From IMG/VR virus record IMGVR_UViG_3300037067_016944: a stretch of DNA of 64,000 bases; one strand, written 5' to 3'. A program made the position numbers and the translations under genes. Positions 51,085-61,191 of this stretch are shown piece after piece (positions within the stretch are counted from its first letter, which is position 1; each line of letters opens with the position of its first letter). The DNA is from an uncultured virus (IMG/VR IMGVR_UViG_3300037067_016944). Lineage: Duplodnaviria; Heunggongvirae; Uroviricota; Caudoviricetes. The notes beneath the pieces were generated by a model. The model was not told where the DNA came from, did no database searches, and was given only the letters and a program-made list of their open reading frames with translations.

Positions 51085-51810
51085 TCACGAAGCACTTTTT
51101 ATTGCTAATATTTTCTGCACCATTGCCCATGGATCGATGCTGCTATTCTTGAGCGTCGGATCGGACGATATCTTGTGTAGCTCACGTTCGAAGGATGGCT
51201 GATCCATCGCACCATTTTGCCAGGAGTCGACCAATCCGTATAATCTGGATATCAATGGACCGTAATTGCCAGCATCATGTTCGTAAAGCCCGACGCCTCC
51301 TTCTAGTTCTTTTACGTCGCGGCTTGGTCTGTGTCGAAGCCTAGTGTCAAAGTCTGGTGGATCTGGCTCTTCCGGCTCTATCTCTTCTTCATCTTCAGCT
51401 TGTGCGTCAATCTGGTCGTTACATAGCGGCTCGAAAGCCATTGGTTGCTGTTGAGCGCTGTCGCCAAAAGCTGGTTTTGTTATCCCCTCGATCTGGTCGT
51501 CACCAAAATCGTCCCAATCGCCCGGTAGGACATTTGATACGTATCCTTCTGTGATAGCCGGTACCCAATATTGACCAGTCTTGTCTGAGTATTCGTGAAA
51601 AAGGTGTGATTGGTCGGTTGCAAGTAGATTTGTGAACTCATGGCGATCTACCGATATACCATTCCTATCACAAAATGCGTGGAATGATTCATAGTAGATA
51701 CTTTCATGATATGATATGAATTCCTGAAGCAATCGCTCGGGAGACACATCGATGGATTCGGAAATCAGTGATGCGATGAACTTTGGATCGTTCAAGATTG
51801 TATCTTCCAT
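51085..51810 (-). CDS. acidic hypothetical protein
   Basis: 241 aa ORF. Confidence 0.65.
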   Translation of the reverse strand: MEDTILNDPKFIASLISESIDVSPERLLQEFISYHESIYYESFHAFCDRNGISVDRHEFTNLLATDQSHLFHEYSDKTGQYWVPAITEGYVSNVLPGDWDDFGDDQIEGITKPAFGDSAQQQPMAFEPLCNDQIDAQAEDEEEIEPEEPDPPDFDTRLRHRPSRDVKELEGGVGLYEHDAGNYGPLISRLYGLVDSWQNGAMDQPSFERELHKISSDPTLKNSSIDPWAMVQKILAIKSAS

Positions 51811-52114
51811 ATGATATATTTTAACAAAAGATAAAGTGATAGTGAGGAGTCATAATGATACAGCCGCTCGGTAGCGTAAATGCATTTCTCGAAGATATTA
51901 TGGCTCGCCGAGGGAATATAACTGTAGCAGGCAACCCAAACCGTTTTGGTATTGAAATGGCTGGTGGAAGCGTAGTAGAAATGACTCCATTCGAGCCAGA
52001 CCCGGCAACATATCGACATTGGTATTATTACAACACCGCTAGTAATTTATTGATGCGGAAAGTAGTTATTGCAGATATTCCTATGCCAATCTCCTATTGG
52101 AAGCAGATTAGCAA

Positions 52115-52717
52115 TTAGTCAGGTATGGGGTTGGCCTGAACTCCTCGACTTGGTGCTACGTCTGGCCGCATATGATGCCCGATTACGACATTACTAAGAT
52201 CCGACGTGGTATGAATTGCTACGTTATAAGCGTCTGGCAACATAATCATCCGTGGTCGATAGCTCTTTGGCGAGGAAGTATATAATTTCACTAATGCTAC
52301 TTCATCGACATCTTCGCCGGTCCTTTGTTTCCAAGTCTCGATAAATGGTAAAGCAACCGGTTTGAAATAAAGTGTTCCTGTTAGCCAATGCCCGCTGACA
52401 GACGCCAAAGCCATTTCGCAGTCGATAGTTTCAAATAGGCTCGGATAAGAGAGTATTTCGGCATCTGCGTCTAACCAAAGTAATGGTCTATTCAATTGTC
52501 TGAGCAGCTGTTGAATCACAACTATCTTAGTGGCACATCCGGCATCCCATCCACCTTGTTGCTCTAGTGGTAAGACTAGATGTGGCAGATCGAATTTAAT
52601 ACAGCTACGTATCAGTCTGGTCACACAGCGTTTATAGTAGTCACCGAGATGGCTTGTAACGGTATAGGCGGTAACTATTAATGGAAAATTTGGCTTGGCG
52701 GAAAGCGAATCAATCAT
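52115..52717 (-). CDS. GT-A fold glycosyltransferase
   Basis: LLWLDADAEI DXD motif; start revised to 52717. Confidence 0.7.
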   Translation of the reverse strand: MIDSLSAKPNFPLIVTAYTVTSHLGDYYKRCVTRLIRSCIKFDLPHLVLPLEQQGGWDAGCATKIVVIQQLLRQLNRPLLWLDADAEILSYPSLFETIDCEMALASVSGHWLTGTLYFKPVALPFIETWKQRTGEDVDEVALVKLYTSSPKSYRPRMIMLPDAYNVAIHTTSDLSNVVIGHHMRPDVAPSRGVQANPIPD

Positions 52718-52740
52718 GGTATCTGGGAGAGGTTGAGAGT

Positions 52741-53370
52741 ATGCAAAACTTCTTCGATCATATCTACATCTTAAATTTGGATAAGCGTCCAGATAGATGG
52801 CAGACGATCCAAAAACAATTACACTTGGCTGGTATAACGAAAGCGATACGTTTTCCAGGTATCGCCAAACATCCGGGCTGGGTTGGATGTTATGAGTCAC
52901 ATTTAGCAATGTTGCAGAAGGCTAGAGATGCTTGCGCTCGAAATGTTCTTATTCTAGAAGATGATGCCGAGTTCTATTCTGATTGGCAATTTAGCTGGCG
53001 ACTTGGTAAAAGACAAATTCGAGCAGACTGGGATATGTTATATCTTGGATATAATCTAGATCCAGTGGCAGTCACAGAGCCGCCACAGTTAGTAGCATCT
53101 AATATGCTACTCTTGAATGATGCTCTGACTACGCACGCATATGCTGTTAATCTGAAGTGCTTAGAAGGTTTAATTGCGCATGTAACATCGAACATTGGTG
53201 TCGGTATTCCGATCGATGTAGTGTATGCCAGATATTTCAATCACATTAAGGCGTATGGTATATATCCCATGTTATTTCATCAAGCTGCCGGTATGTCGGA
53301 CATATTGGGCTGCGAGAGCAATTTTCCGTTAAGACAAAATATTGAACAAGTGCTTGCCGGTAGACGATAA
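52741..53370 (+). CDS. glycosyltransferase family 25
   Basis: YILNLDKRPDRW, GCYESH, LILEDDA, WDMLYLG, THAY. Confidence 0.85.
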   Translation: MQNFFDHIYILNLDKRPDRWQTIQKQLHLAGITKAIRFPGIAKHPGWVGCYESHLAMLQKARDACARNVLILEDDAEFYSDWQFSWRLGKRQIRADWDMLYLGYNLDPVAVTEPPQLVASNMLLLNDALTTHAYAVNLKCLEGLIAHVTSNIGVGIPIDVVYARYFNHIKAYGIYPMLFHQAAGMSDILGCESNFPLRQNIEQVLAGRR

Positions 53371-53372
53371 AT

Positions 53373-54107
53373 ATGGGTCGCAATGTTGTTGGCGTGTCAT
53401 TTGTTGGTGGTTTCGGTAATCAACTTTTTCAATATGCATTCGCGCGAGCTTATGCTGAAGTGCATCACGCTACGCTACTGACACCGGGGTGGATTGGTCA
53501 ACGAGTCTTTGATATATCGAACCCACCGCTTGATTACGATTTACCGCATGCTGGGTTTGATGAAATCCCGAATGGAAGAGTAAATGTTATCTTAAGTGGA
53601 TACTTCCAGTCACAAACAGCAATTGATCTTATGTCTGTGTCGCGATTGCGAGCTTGGTTTCGACTACGAGACGAGTGGAAACAAAGATTTACAACTCGAC
53701 TCTCGATTGCAGCACATATTCGAAGAGGCGATTATATCGGCCTCAGCAATATTTATTGCTTGGTTAGCGAGAATTCATACGTAACTGCTTGTCGAAAATT
53801 CGGTTTAAATCCAGATAATATCAGTTGGGTGCAAGAAGGCAACCACCAACAAGCTCAAGATCTTATAGATATAGGTGTGCCATTTCTCGACGATTTCGTA
53901 TCACTGATGAATGCTGATGTTATACTACGTGCGAACTCTTCTTTTAGCTGGTGGGCTGCTACATTAAATACGGGAAGAGTATTAAGCCCACTAGTAGAAG
54001 ATCGTACTGGTATACAAAATGTCGAATTTGTTGAAGGCAACTGGCCTAGGATGGTAGATGGTCGCAACTGCAGGATGCATATTACCGATTTGCATTTAAA
54101 GGACTAA
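53373..54107 (+). CDS. glycosyltransferase family 11 (alpha-1,2-fucosyltransferase-like)
   Basis: GGFGNQLFQYA, GYFQS, HIRRGDY, NSSFSWWAA. Confidence 0.88.
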   Translation: MGRNVVGVSFVGGFGNQLFQYAFARAYAEVHHATLLTPGWIGQRVFDISNPPLDYDLPHAGFDEIPNGRVNVILSGYFQSQTAIDLMSVSRLRAWFRLRDEWKQRFTTRLSIAAHIRRGDYIGLSNIYCLVSENSYVTACRKFGLNPDNISWVQEGNHQQAQDLIDIGVPFLDDFVSLMNADVILRANSSFSWWAATLNTGRVLSPLVEDRTGIQNVEFVEGNWPRMVDGRNCRMHITDLHLKD

Positions 54108-54108
54108 T

Positions 54109-54702
54109 ATGGCAGATTTTGATCGTTGGGTTGCTGATAATGGAGATGCGACATTAAGACTTGACTATCGCATAGGTATAAGCGATGTGGTTTTCGACTG
54201 CGGTGCTTATCACGGCATATGGAGTCGTAAGATATATGATCGTTATCGCTGTAGGATTATTGCATTCGAGCCAGTTGCAGAACACTACGCAATCACCGCT
54301 AGGGAATTAGCTGGTGTCGGTGCATATATTTATCATGCAGGTATCGGTCCTGCTACCACAAGCTGCATTATTACGGTGAATGGCGATGCTTCGAGTACTT
54401 TGACGCAAGGCGGACACCAAGAGGAAATACGAATTATCTCTATAGACGATGTTATCAGAGAACAGTCGCTACCACAAATACGACTCATGAAATTGAACAT
54501 CGAGGGAGCAGAATATGACTTACTAGATCATATGCTCGATACTGGTGCGATTAATCATATTGCTGATTTGCAGATACAATTTCATCAATTTGCTGCAAAT
54601 GCTGAAGCAAGACGAGAAGCCATCAGAGAACGCCTGCGACAAACTCATTATCTGACTTATGATTATGAGTTTGTATGGGAGAACTGGCGAAGAGCATTAT
54701 AG
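54109..54702 (+). CDS. FkbM-family methyltransferase
   Basis: FDCGAYHG, AFEP, MKLNIEGAEY, QIQFH. Confidence 0.85.
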   Translation: MADFDRWVADNGDATLRLDYRIGISDVVFDCGAYHGIWSRKIYDRYRCRIIAFEPVAEHYAITARELAGVGAYIYHAGIGPATTSCIITVNGDASSTLTQGGHQEEIRIISIDDVIREQSLPQIRLMKLNIEGAEYDLLDHMLDTGAINHIADLQIQFHQFAANAEARREAIRERLRQTHYLTYDYEFVWENWRRAL

Positions 54703-54890
54703 TCTAAGCCAAACCATCGCGACGATAATAGCTATCGGTATCAATAATATAAGACCGATATTTGCTAGTTTGGCACGTTCGCGAAGATGCATTTCAAGCG
54801 GCACTAAAACGACGATGCGATATTCATCCACAAACGTCTGCCACTCTTCATCGGTCATATTAGGCGACCGCACGGGCGGACTCGGCATTA

Positions 54891-55271
54891 TCATTCCCAT
54901 GGTATGATACCTTCGCAGGTATCCCTTTTACGCTTGATATTCGGACTATTTAGATACCGAACGAGCAACTTCTGGAACTTAGAGTCAGCGTACCATTCGA
55001 GTCGGTTGAATGGTACGCTATTCACTGGCTGCCCTTTAAATTCGCCATAGGGCATTTCGGTAAATCCAAACACACGAGCCTGCTCATCAGTCATCGGTTG
55101 GTCTGAGGCCGCAGCCTGTGTGGGTTGTTGGGGTAAAGACTTTCGTATCTCACCCCAAAAAGCATCACATATATCAGGCTCGATAGTTGCAGCTTCTTCG
55201 ATGATTAGCGGAATGATGGTGCGTGCTTTTTCACGTGCGGTAATGCGACGTTTGATGACGTTCTCATCCAT
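54891..55271 (-). CDS. DUF3820-like protein
   Basis: MPYGEFKG..V..VP...LEW. Confidence 0.55.
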   Translation of the reverse strand: MDENVIKRRITAREKARTIIPLIIEEAATIEPDICDAFWGEIRKSLPQQPTQAAASDQPMTDEQARVFGFTEMPYGEFKGQPVNSVPFNRLEWYADSKFQKLLVRYLNSPNIKRKRDTCEGIIPWE

Positions 55272-55463
55272 TTATATTGCTACAGCACTCGCCGCTTTGT
55301 CATTGCGATGGATCGCTTCAAAAACTTCTTGGCGATGCACCGGCACTTCCTTTGGGGCTTCGACTCCAAGACGCACCTTGTCTCCACGGATTTCAACGAC
55401 TACGATAGTGATGTCGTCATTGATAACGATGCTCTCGTTCTTCTTGCGAGATAATACCAACAT
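55272..55463 (-). CDS. csrA: carbon storage regulator CsrA
   Basis: MLVLSRKKNESIVINDDITIVVVEIRGDKVRLGVEAPKEVPVHRQEV. Confidence 0.95.
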   Translation of the reverse strand: MLVLSRKKNESIVINDDITIVVVEIRGDKVRLGVEAPKEVPVHRQEVFEAIHRNDKAASAVAI

Positions 55464-55512
55464 AGAGAACAATCCTTTGTTACTGGGTATAGCATAAACA
55501 ACGTAGTGTTGT

Positions 55513-56208
55513 TTACTTCTTCGTGTAGCCGGTCTTTTCCAGACGCTTGCGAGCGTCATCCAGCGTACCCTTCAATGGATAGACCGATGTGCCGGATGGT
55601 ACAACTGCAACGCCATCCTTGAAAGCTTGCAGTTGGGTGAGGAAGGTGTCTTCGGTGTTCGATTTCTTCTTGCCGAGTGCTCCATTGTAAGTGTTGAAGC
55701 ACAGTTTGCGGGCGGGACTGTCGGCGAGTAGAACGTGTGATTGCACGTCCGTCCGTGGGTCGCTGAACTTTAGCTGTTGCTTGGTCCAGAGTTCGACACC
55801 GTATGTTGCGACAACCGCGAAATCGACCATTGTGATAGCATCTGTTTTGGACATGTGTTTTTCCTGCTGTGTTGCGGACGTGTCATCGTCCGGGTTTAGA
55901 TGTTCATGACTCGTTATTTGTAGTTTACCATGTACCGGACATTCTGCGATGTTCTTTTCGACCATCAATATCCTGGAACAAGCTGGGCACGCGGTTTTGA
56001 GCTTCCCGCCGTGGTTGACGGCAACCAATTTTCCCGCTGCGTCAGATGGTAGTATTCGCTCCTTGTGGACTCGCAATTGCTTACCAGTACTGTCAGATAC
56101 ATAAATGCAATTCTTCCTATCTGCTGGTCCAACAATCTCATAAAGCCCATTGGAAACTCCTCCTTCAGGCGTCATTAATCGTACTTGCATGTCGTCCTTT
56201 CCGTGCAA
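55513..56208 (-). CDS. hypothetical protein with zinc ribbon
   Basis: CPAC...CPVH. Confidence 0.65.
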   Translation of the reverse strand: MHGKDDMQVRLMTPEGGVSNGLYEIVGPADRKNCIYVSDSTGKQLRVHKERILPSDAAGKLVAVNHGGKLKTACPACSRILMVEKNIAECPVHGKLQITSHEHLNPDDDTSATQQEKHMSKTDAITMVDFAVVATYGVELWTKQQLKFSDPRTDVQSHVLLADSPARKLCFNTYNGALGKKKSNTEDTFLTQLQAFKDGVAVVPSGTSVYPLKGTLDDARKRLEKTGYTKK

Positions 56209-56563
56209 CTGTGTTAAAATACTATAATCTATTCCAATTGTAGAGCTACCCTCAGGGGCTTGGTGAACCTGCTTAAATTTACTATATCTGAACGATATAT
56301 TGCGTTAATTTTTGCAAGCGCAAGTCCGATTTGGTCTTCGATTTGTGCAATCTCTGCTGGTGTTAACGATTCCGTAGTACATAGGTCAATGACAAGGCAC
56401 GTTCGCCTGAATCCGCCGACTTTATCGACCACCGCAATGTTGGGCGGATACGGCGGATAAGGAGTACCTGACATGGATTCAAGCCCAAACAGCGTGGAGG
56501 AGGAAGAGGTGCCGCTCGATGACGAACCTCTTGACCAATCACATCCTGTGCCTAGAATTCCTA

Positions 56564-56965
56564 TTACTTATGAGGACTCTGATGATTACGCCCCTTTCGA
56601 CATTGACTCCGAAGAGACGCAATAATCTTTTGTATCGGTTTTGATTGTGGTTGTACTATGTTCGGTGACGGCAAGAACGGGTTAATAACAGCATGCTGTA
56701 AGGAATGGCAAGCTAAGCTTGCACACTCAATCAAGCTAAGGGCATTCTCCGTCTTGTCGACAACGAATACTTGTAATTTCAATTTGAACTTCTTTGCAAA
56801 ATATCTCCTATATAATTCTGCGGCTTCAGCTTCGGTAAAAATTGGAAGTGTGCTACTCCCTTTGTCGTTGTCGACCGCGAACAGCTTTTTTGTATTGTAG
56901 GCGATAACGAAGAACGGGGCTTTGAGTAATCTTGATGCCATAGTTATGAAATACGTCGCTGCCAA
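56564..56965 (-). CDS. hypothetical protein
   Basis: 133 aa ORF. Confidence 0.55.
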   Translation of the reverse strand: MAATYFITMASRLLKAPFFVIAYNTKKLFAVDNDKGSSTLPIFTEAEAAELYRRYFAKKFKLKLQVFVVDKTENALSLIECASLACHSLQHAVINPFLPSPNIVQPQSKPIQKIIASLRSQCRKGRNHQSPHK

Positions 56966-57042
56966 ATTTTACCACAGGACAGGTTGCGCAACAACCCATT
57001 ACTTCTGCGTATAAACGAACTCCCTATTATAGTGGTAGGTGA

Positions 57043-57981
57043 TTGATGAAACTGGAAAATATTAATCGTCTCGATGAGACGTTAGAACTTGATCGCCAAT
57101 ACCTCATCATAGAGGGGTTGTTGTCGGATTTAATCGCCACGAGCGTTTCCAAGATTCAGACTTATATAGCCGCTAGGGATAAAGTAGTTGAGCAACTCGG
57201 TTTAAAAAATTATATCAACACCGCAAGAGATCTAGAAGTATCTCTTCTCGACGATTCTCCGGCAGCCGAGAAGTGGTGGCAAGCTGCGGCGACTGCCGTC
57301 GACAAGAAACATGGTGGGAAGTCAACACCGCGAGAGCGTGCTGTCTTGATAGCTAAAATCAAGGCAAAAGTCAAGCCTCTGATCAACAGAGATATGGAGG
57401 ATACGGAGGAGCGGTTAGCTGCTTACTACGCACAACGTACCGGCCAAGATGAAAAGAAGGTCGAGCGGCTGTTTGATATTCTGTTCGGTGACAGAGCACC
57501 CAAGCCTAAAAGGCGTCGACGCGATTACGCCTACGCTGAAGACATTTGGGATAAGGTTTCAGCCGGTCTTGATATGCTCGATCCGAAAAAGCGTGTAATG
57601 CGTGGTGCTCAGATGATTCGAGCCAACAACAATGCACGAATCGCCACCATCGCAATCTCGGTATTATCGCAACAACTTGATACGATCAACGTTGATCGGA
57701 AATCGAAAACCGCGAATAAAAAACCACCGATACCATCTACGCAGCTCACGCAGAAGTATGAAATAGCGATGTTCATCAACAAGTGTATGCGTGATGCCAG
57801 CAAACTAGCAAACAAAGATAAAGATCCCGGATATTGGGTCCAAAAAATACGCAACAAGGCAAAGCGAATGGGGCTCAAAGTCCAATTCAACAGAATGCCA
57901 TCAAAACCGTATCCGACAAATTTCGAGGAATTTAGGCGACAATACGGCAAACCTGTTTTGAAACCCGGTCATAAGGTTTAA
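57043..57981 (+). CDS. hypothetical protein
   Basis: 312 aa ORF; AGGTG RBS. Confidence 0.75.
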   Translation: MMKLENINRLDETLELDRQYLIIEGLLSDLIATSVSKIQTYIAARDKVVEQLGLKNYINTARDLEVSLLDDSPAAEKWWQAAATAVDKKHGGKSTPRERAVLIAKIKAKVKPLINRDMEDTEERLAAYYAQRTGQDEKKVERLFDILFGDRAPKPKRRRRDYAYAEDIWDKVSAGLDMLDPKKRVMRGAQMIRANNNARIATIAISVLSQQLDTINVDRKSKTANKKPPIPSTQLTQKYEIAMFINKCMRDASKLANKDKDPGYWVQKIRNKAKRMGLKVQFNRMPSKPYPTNFEEFRRQYGKPVLKPGHKV

Positions 57982-57983
57982 TC

Positions 57984-58247
57984 ATGAATCATCCTTCAGT
58001 CTTACTCGGATCTGGCTTTATTGGAGCTGCTGCACAGCCGAAAATAACCATCAACCAAGTACCAGTGGTGTCAGAGAAGAAAACTGACACCATAAAACCA
58101 GCTAACAGAGGAAAATTCACAGCCAAAGCCAAAAAGGCAGGCTTGAGTGTCCCAGCGATGGCATCAAAGGCGTTGAAGCCCGGTAGCAAAGCTTCGAAGG
58201 CTACTAAGAAACAAGCAGTCTTCGCTAAGAACGCTCAGAAGTGGTAA
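57984..58247 (+). CDS. small basic Lys/Ala-rich protein, possibly internal virion or DNA-binding
   Basis: IKPANRGKFTAKAKKAG...AVFAKNAQKW. Confidence 0.65.
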   Translation: MNHPSVLLGSGFIGAAAQPKITINQVPVVSEKKTDTIKPANRGKFTAKAKKAGLSVPAMASKALKPGSKASKATKKQAVFAKNAQKW

Positions 58248-59134
58248 TCCACCGCTGCATAACAGTTTTATGCGCAGGATTTGTCGACCACTTCAAGAAC
58301 TTCTCTACGATCACAGACCATTCGACATCTCCGTAGGTCTTGATCATATAGGCAATCATGTTGCGGTGTAATTTGCGCAGCTCCGTAATCTCGTCATCGG
58401 TCTGTCTTAAAACTACAGGCTTATGACATCTGATAACTCTATATTCAGTGCCGTCGATAGTTATGACGAGAGATATCGTGATGACCCTGGAAATCGGATC
58501 ATAGACGCCTATTAGTTCAGCTATACAGTTCGGAATATTCGAATTTCTGGCTAGCTTTTCACGTAACCAGACGAGTCTTGTATCGATGATGTCGCTCATT
58601 ACTCCATAATTACTCTTGAAGTCGCCTGACTAATCAAGCTCTCTGCTGTAGTCCTCGGCAATCCCTCCAGCACCGGCGTCCATTGCCCGCCCTCTAAAAT
58701 CTCAATCTTATAGGCTCCGGTATTGATGTCTTGTCCAGGCATTTGCATCGTTCTGATGCATTTTGAGCCTGCTCTACGCATTTGTACGAGTGCTTCTGAA
58801 ATGTTGATAGCCATTATTTGCCTACTGGCTTGGGTGCATGAAGAACTGGTGATGGTAAATTATCTAGTCCTTTATCAATCGAAGTACATTGGATGAAATA
58901 TCCACGGCCTTCGACATAATGCTCGTGGCTCATGCATGAGCCACATACCGTAGAGTCAGTCGAACAACTACATTGACCTGACGGATAAGTGGGGCATTGA
59001 ATTGGAATCCATGCACGGCCATCCCATTCGACTTTTACCCATGGCGGTTGTGGTTTTGTCGACGGCTCTGCTAGTTTTTTCCTAATTTCTGTTCTGATGG
59101 CCTCGATATTGTATGACATGCGGTTCTCCCGGCT

Positions 59135-59944
59135 TCAAAGTATTTTTGGTAACTGTATTCTTTGAAGTAACGCTTCAAAGGCGTCGAAAGCACGTAAGAA
59201 CGTCTTGTCTTTTGTTGTCGCGTCTCCGTACCGCCTACCAAGACCTGGTTCTAGACAGAACCATCCAGAGAAATTAGATGCTAGAGCGTCTGCTACTATG
59301 ACATCTAATTGAGCATCGCCAAAACCCGCTGGCTTGGCTGCATCACCAGTTTTGAAATCGTGCACATCGACGAATGTGATTCTTGATTTCAAAAGGGACC
59401 AAAATTTCACGAATGGATTAGTTTTTGCTCTCATAACGAGCAACGCCGGGTCGAATAATAAATTCAATCGTCTGAATTTGTTAAGAAGAATTGCTATCGC
59501 TGCTGCCTGATTGTAAGATGAATTCGTTTCTGGTTCAAACAGCAGTTGCACGTCATATGATATGCTTAGCCCAGAAGCCGTAGATAACCATTTCTGAATC
59601 AGCTCATTATCATCCTTCGCTGACATCGTACCGATACCGATCCTAATAGCTTTACATTTCAAGTATTTGCATATCTGCATAGCCCTGACGAGTTTCGGCT
59701 CTTCCGCCGCTAGTTGGCTTGGGTTGACACAACCAATTTCGGTATGCAGAAGAATTGGTGCAAGGCTGTGCTTACGCAATATGCCATCAAGTATGCTGAT
59801 GGCATTATCAGGCATATTGTAGATATCACGACACCAGCCGCGCCGCAAGCAAACGCTGGTGATCTTCTTCGACGCTAATAGCTCGCAAGCTTTATCGGGG
59901 TCGTCGAACACTTCGTCAGTATAAACTGCCAGCTTTACATTCAT
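59135..59944 (-). CDS. xylose isomerase / AP-endonuclease-2-like TIM-barrel protein
   Basis: YTDEV, FEPE, FDPA, DVHD, AGFGD, LEP; ATGA overlap with the purZ-like stop. Confidence 0.7.
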   Translation of the reverse strand: MNVKLAVYTDEVFDDPDKACELLASKKITSVCLRRGWCRDIYNMPDNAISILDGILRKHSLAPILLHTEIGCVNPSQLAAEEPKLVRAMQICKYLKCKAIRIGIGTMSAKDDNELIQKWLSTASGLSISYDVQLLFEPETNSSYNQAAAIAILLNKFRRLNLLFDPALLVMRAKTNPFVKFWSLLKSRITFVDVHDFKTGDAAKPAGFGDAQLDVIVADALASNFSGWFCLEPGLGRRYGDATTKDKTFLRAFDAFEALLQRIQLPKIL

Positions 59945-61191
59945 AACTCGACTATTTGGCTGTGCTTCGGACCGGTTCTGACCCAATGCAATCCGAAGAA
60001 TTGCGACATATCAGACAAGTCATCGCAGCTTTCGTTCACACCGCTTTCGTATGTTCCGTTATTTTCGATGACTGGTTGCAAATGTAGACGCAACCAGTTG
60101 ATGACCTTGGGTGTGAAGACCTCTTTATATGTCGTCTTACCCTTGACGGTTCTATCAACGAAGTTGATGAAGTTGAGGCTATATAAGACACGCCCGTCTC
60201 TGAGCAGACCACCAGCCAGAGCATTCACATATCTTGCTCTTTCTGTCGGGAATTCGAAGATACGTCTAACCTTCTTGGTGACGGACGTCATCATTGCATA
60301 TCTGTATTCTTCGACGAATTCATCGAAGTTGTCATATCCGGCCTGTTTCGCTACAGCTTCCCACCCAATTTCTCTCGCTTCCCAATAATTGCCGGTATAG
60401 CATTGCTCACCGGTAGCCGCCGATTCGTTGCTAATGCGTATCGGGTTGGTGCGTAAATTTATGATGACATTTGTGATTGCTCTACCAGGAAGACCGGCAT
60501 CAGCAACTAACTGCGTCGGGTGCGTTTGCCGCGAGGTGCAGTATGGGTATTCAGCGAAGTTGAGATCAAGATCGACACCCTGCGAACCTTCGACAAGAAC
60601 ACGCATCCCCTGCTTTGCTATGCCGCGATTCAGTTCCATTGTCAAATCTGCGATAGTGCAGAACTCACGGAGTTCCTCATAGTCTCTTGCCAGCTTTTGC
60701 TGTGGCAGACGCATAGCTTTCGCTGCAATGGCCGCACCACATCCCTTGAACGTGCTACCAGTTTTGATGGTTTCGCGTTCATATTGTTTGTTCTCTTCAG
60801 TGATTACGTTGGCCAACGGGTGGATGGTCAATCTTTCACGAATCGGGAAGCCGAGTGATTCGAGGTTCGCGACTTCGCCGAATAGCGTCTTCAGGTCAAT
60901 TGCAGCGCCGGCGTTGATGTAGAGTCGCGTGTTCTTATTGATGAATGCTGATGGAATATGCTGGACTAGTATTCGCGTGCCGTCATCAAGCTCTGTGTAG
61001 TGACCAGAATTCGTCATCCAGTTGTTGGTTGCTAGATGGAAATCGTATTTGTCAGCCAACCAAGAATTGAGAGAGCCCTTTCCAGACGATCCGGCACCGC
61101 CGTCAGTCGTGACGACTACCATTTCTCCATTTTGGCCCGGCGTGAATGGATGCACTGGTGTTGTTCTGTGGTTTGGATAGCTAGCTGACAT
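59941..61191 (-). CDS. purZ: PurZ-like adenylosuccinate synthetase paralog
   Basis: GSSGKG in place of PurA GDEGKG, NSGH, GSTFKGCG, EGSQG, YPYCTSR, PIRISN, TSVTKKVRRIF, LNFINF. Confidence 0.7.
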   Translation of the reverse strand: MSASYPNHRTTPVHPFTPGQNGEMVVVTTDGGAGSSGKGSLNSWLADKYDFHLATNNWMTNSGHYTELDDGTRILVQHIPSAFINKNTRLYINAGAAIDLKTLFGEVANLESLGFPIRERLTIHPLANVITEENKQYERETIKTGSTFKGCGAAIAAKAMRLPQQKLARDYEELREFCTIADLTMELNRGIAKQGMRVLVEGSQGVDLDLNFAEYPYCTSRQTHPTQLVADAGLPGRAITNVIINLRTNPIRISNESAATGEQCYTGNYWEAREIGWEAVAKQAGYDNFDEFVEEYRYAMMTSVTKKVRRIFEFPTERARYVNALAGGLLRDGRVLYSLNFINFVDRTVKGKTTYKEVFTPKVINWLRLHLQPVIENNGTYESGVNESCDDLSDMSQFFGLHWVRTGPKHSQIVEL

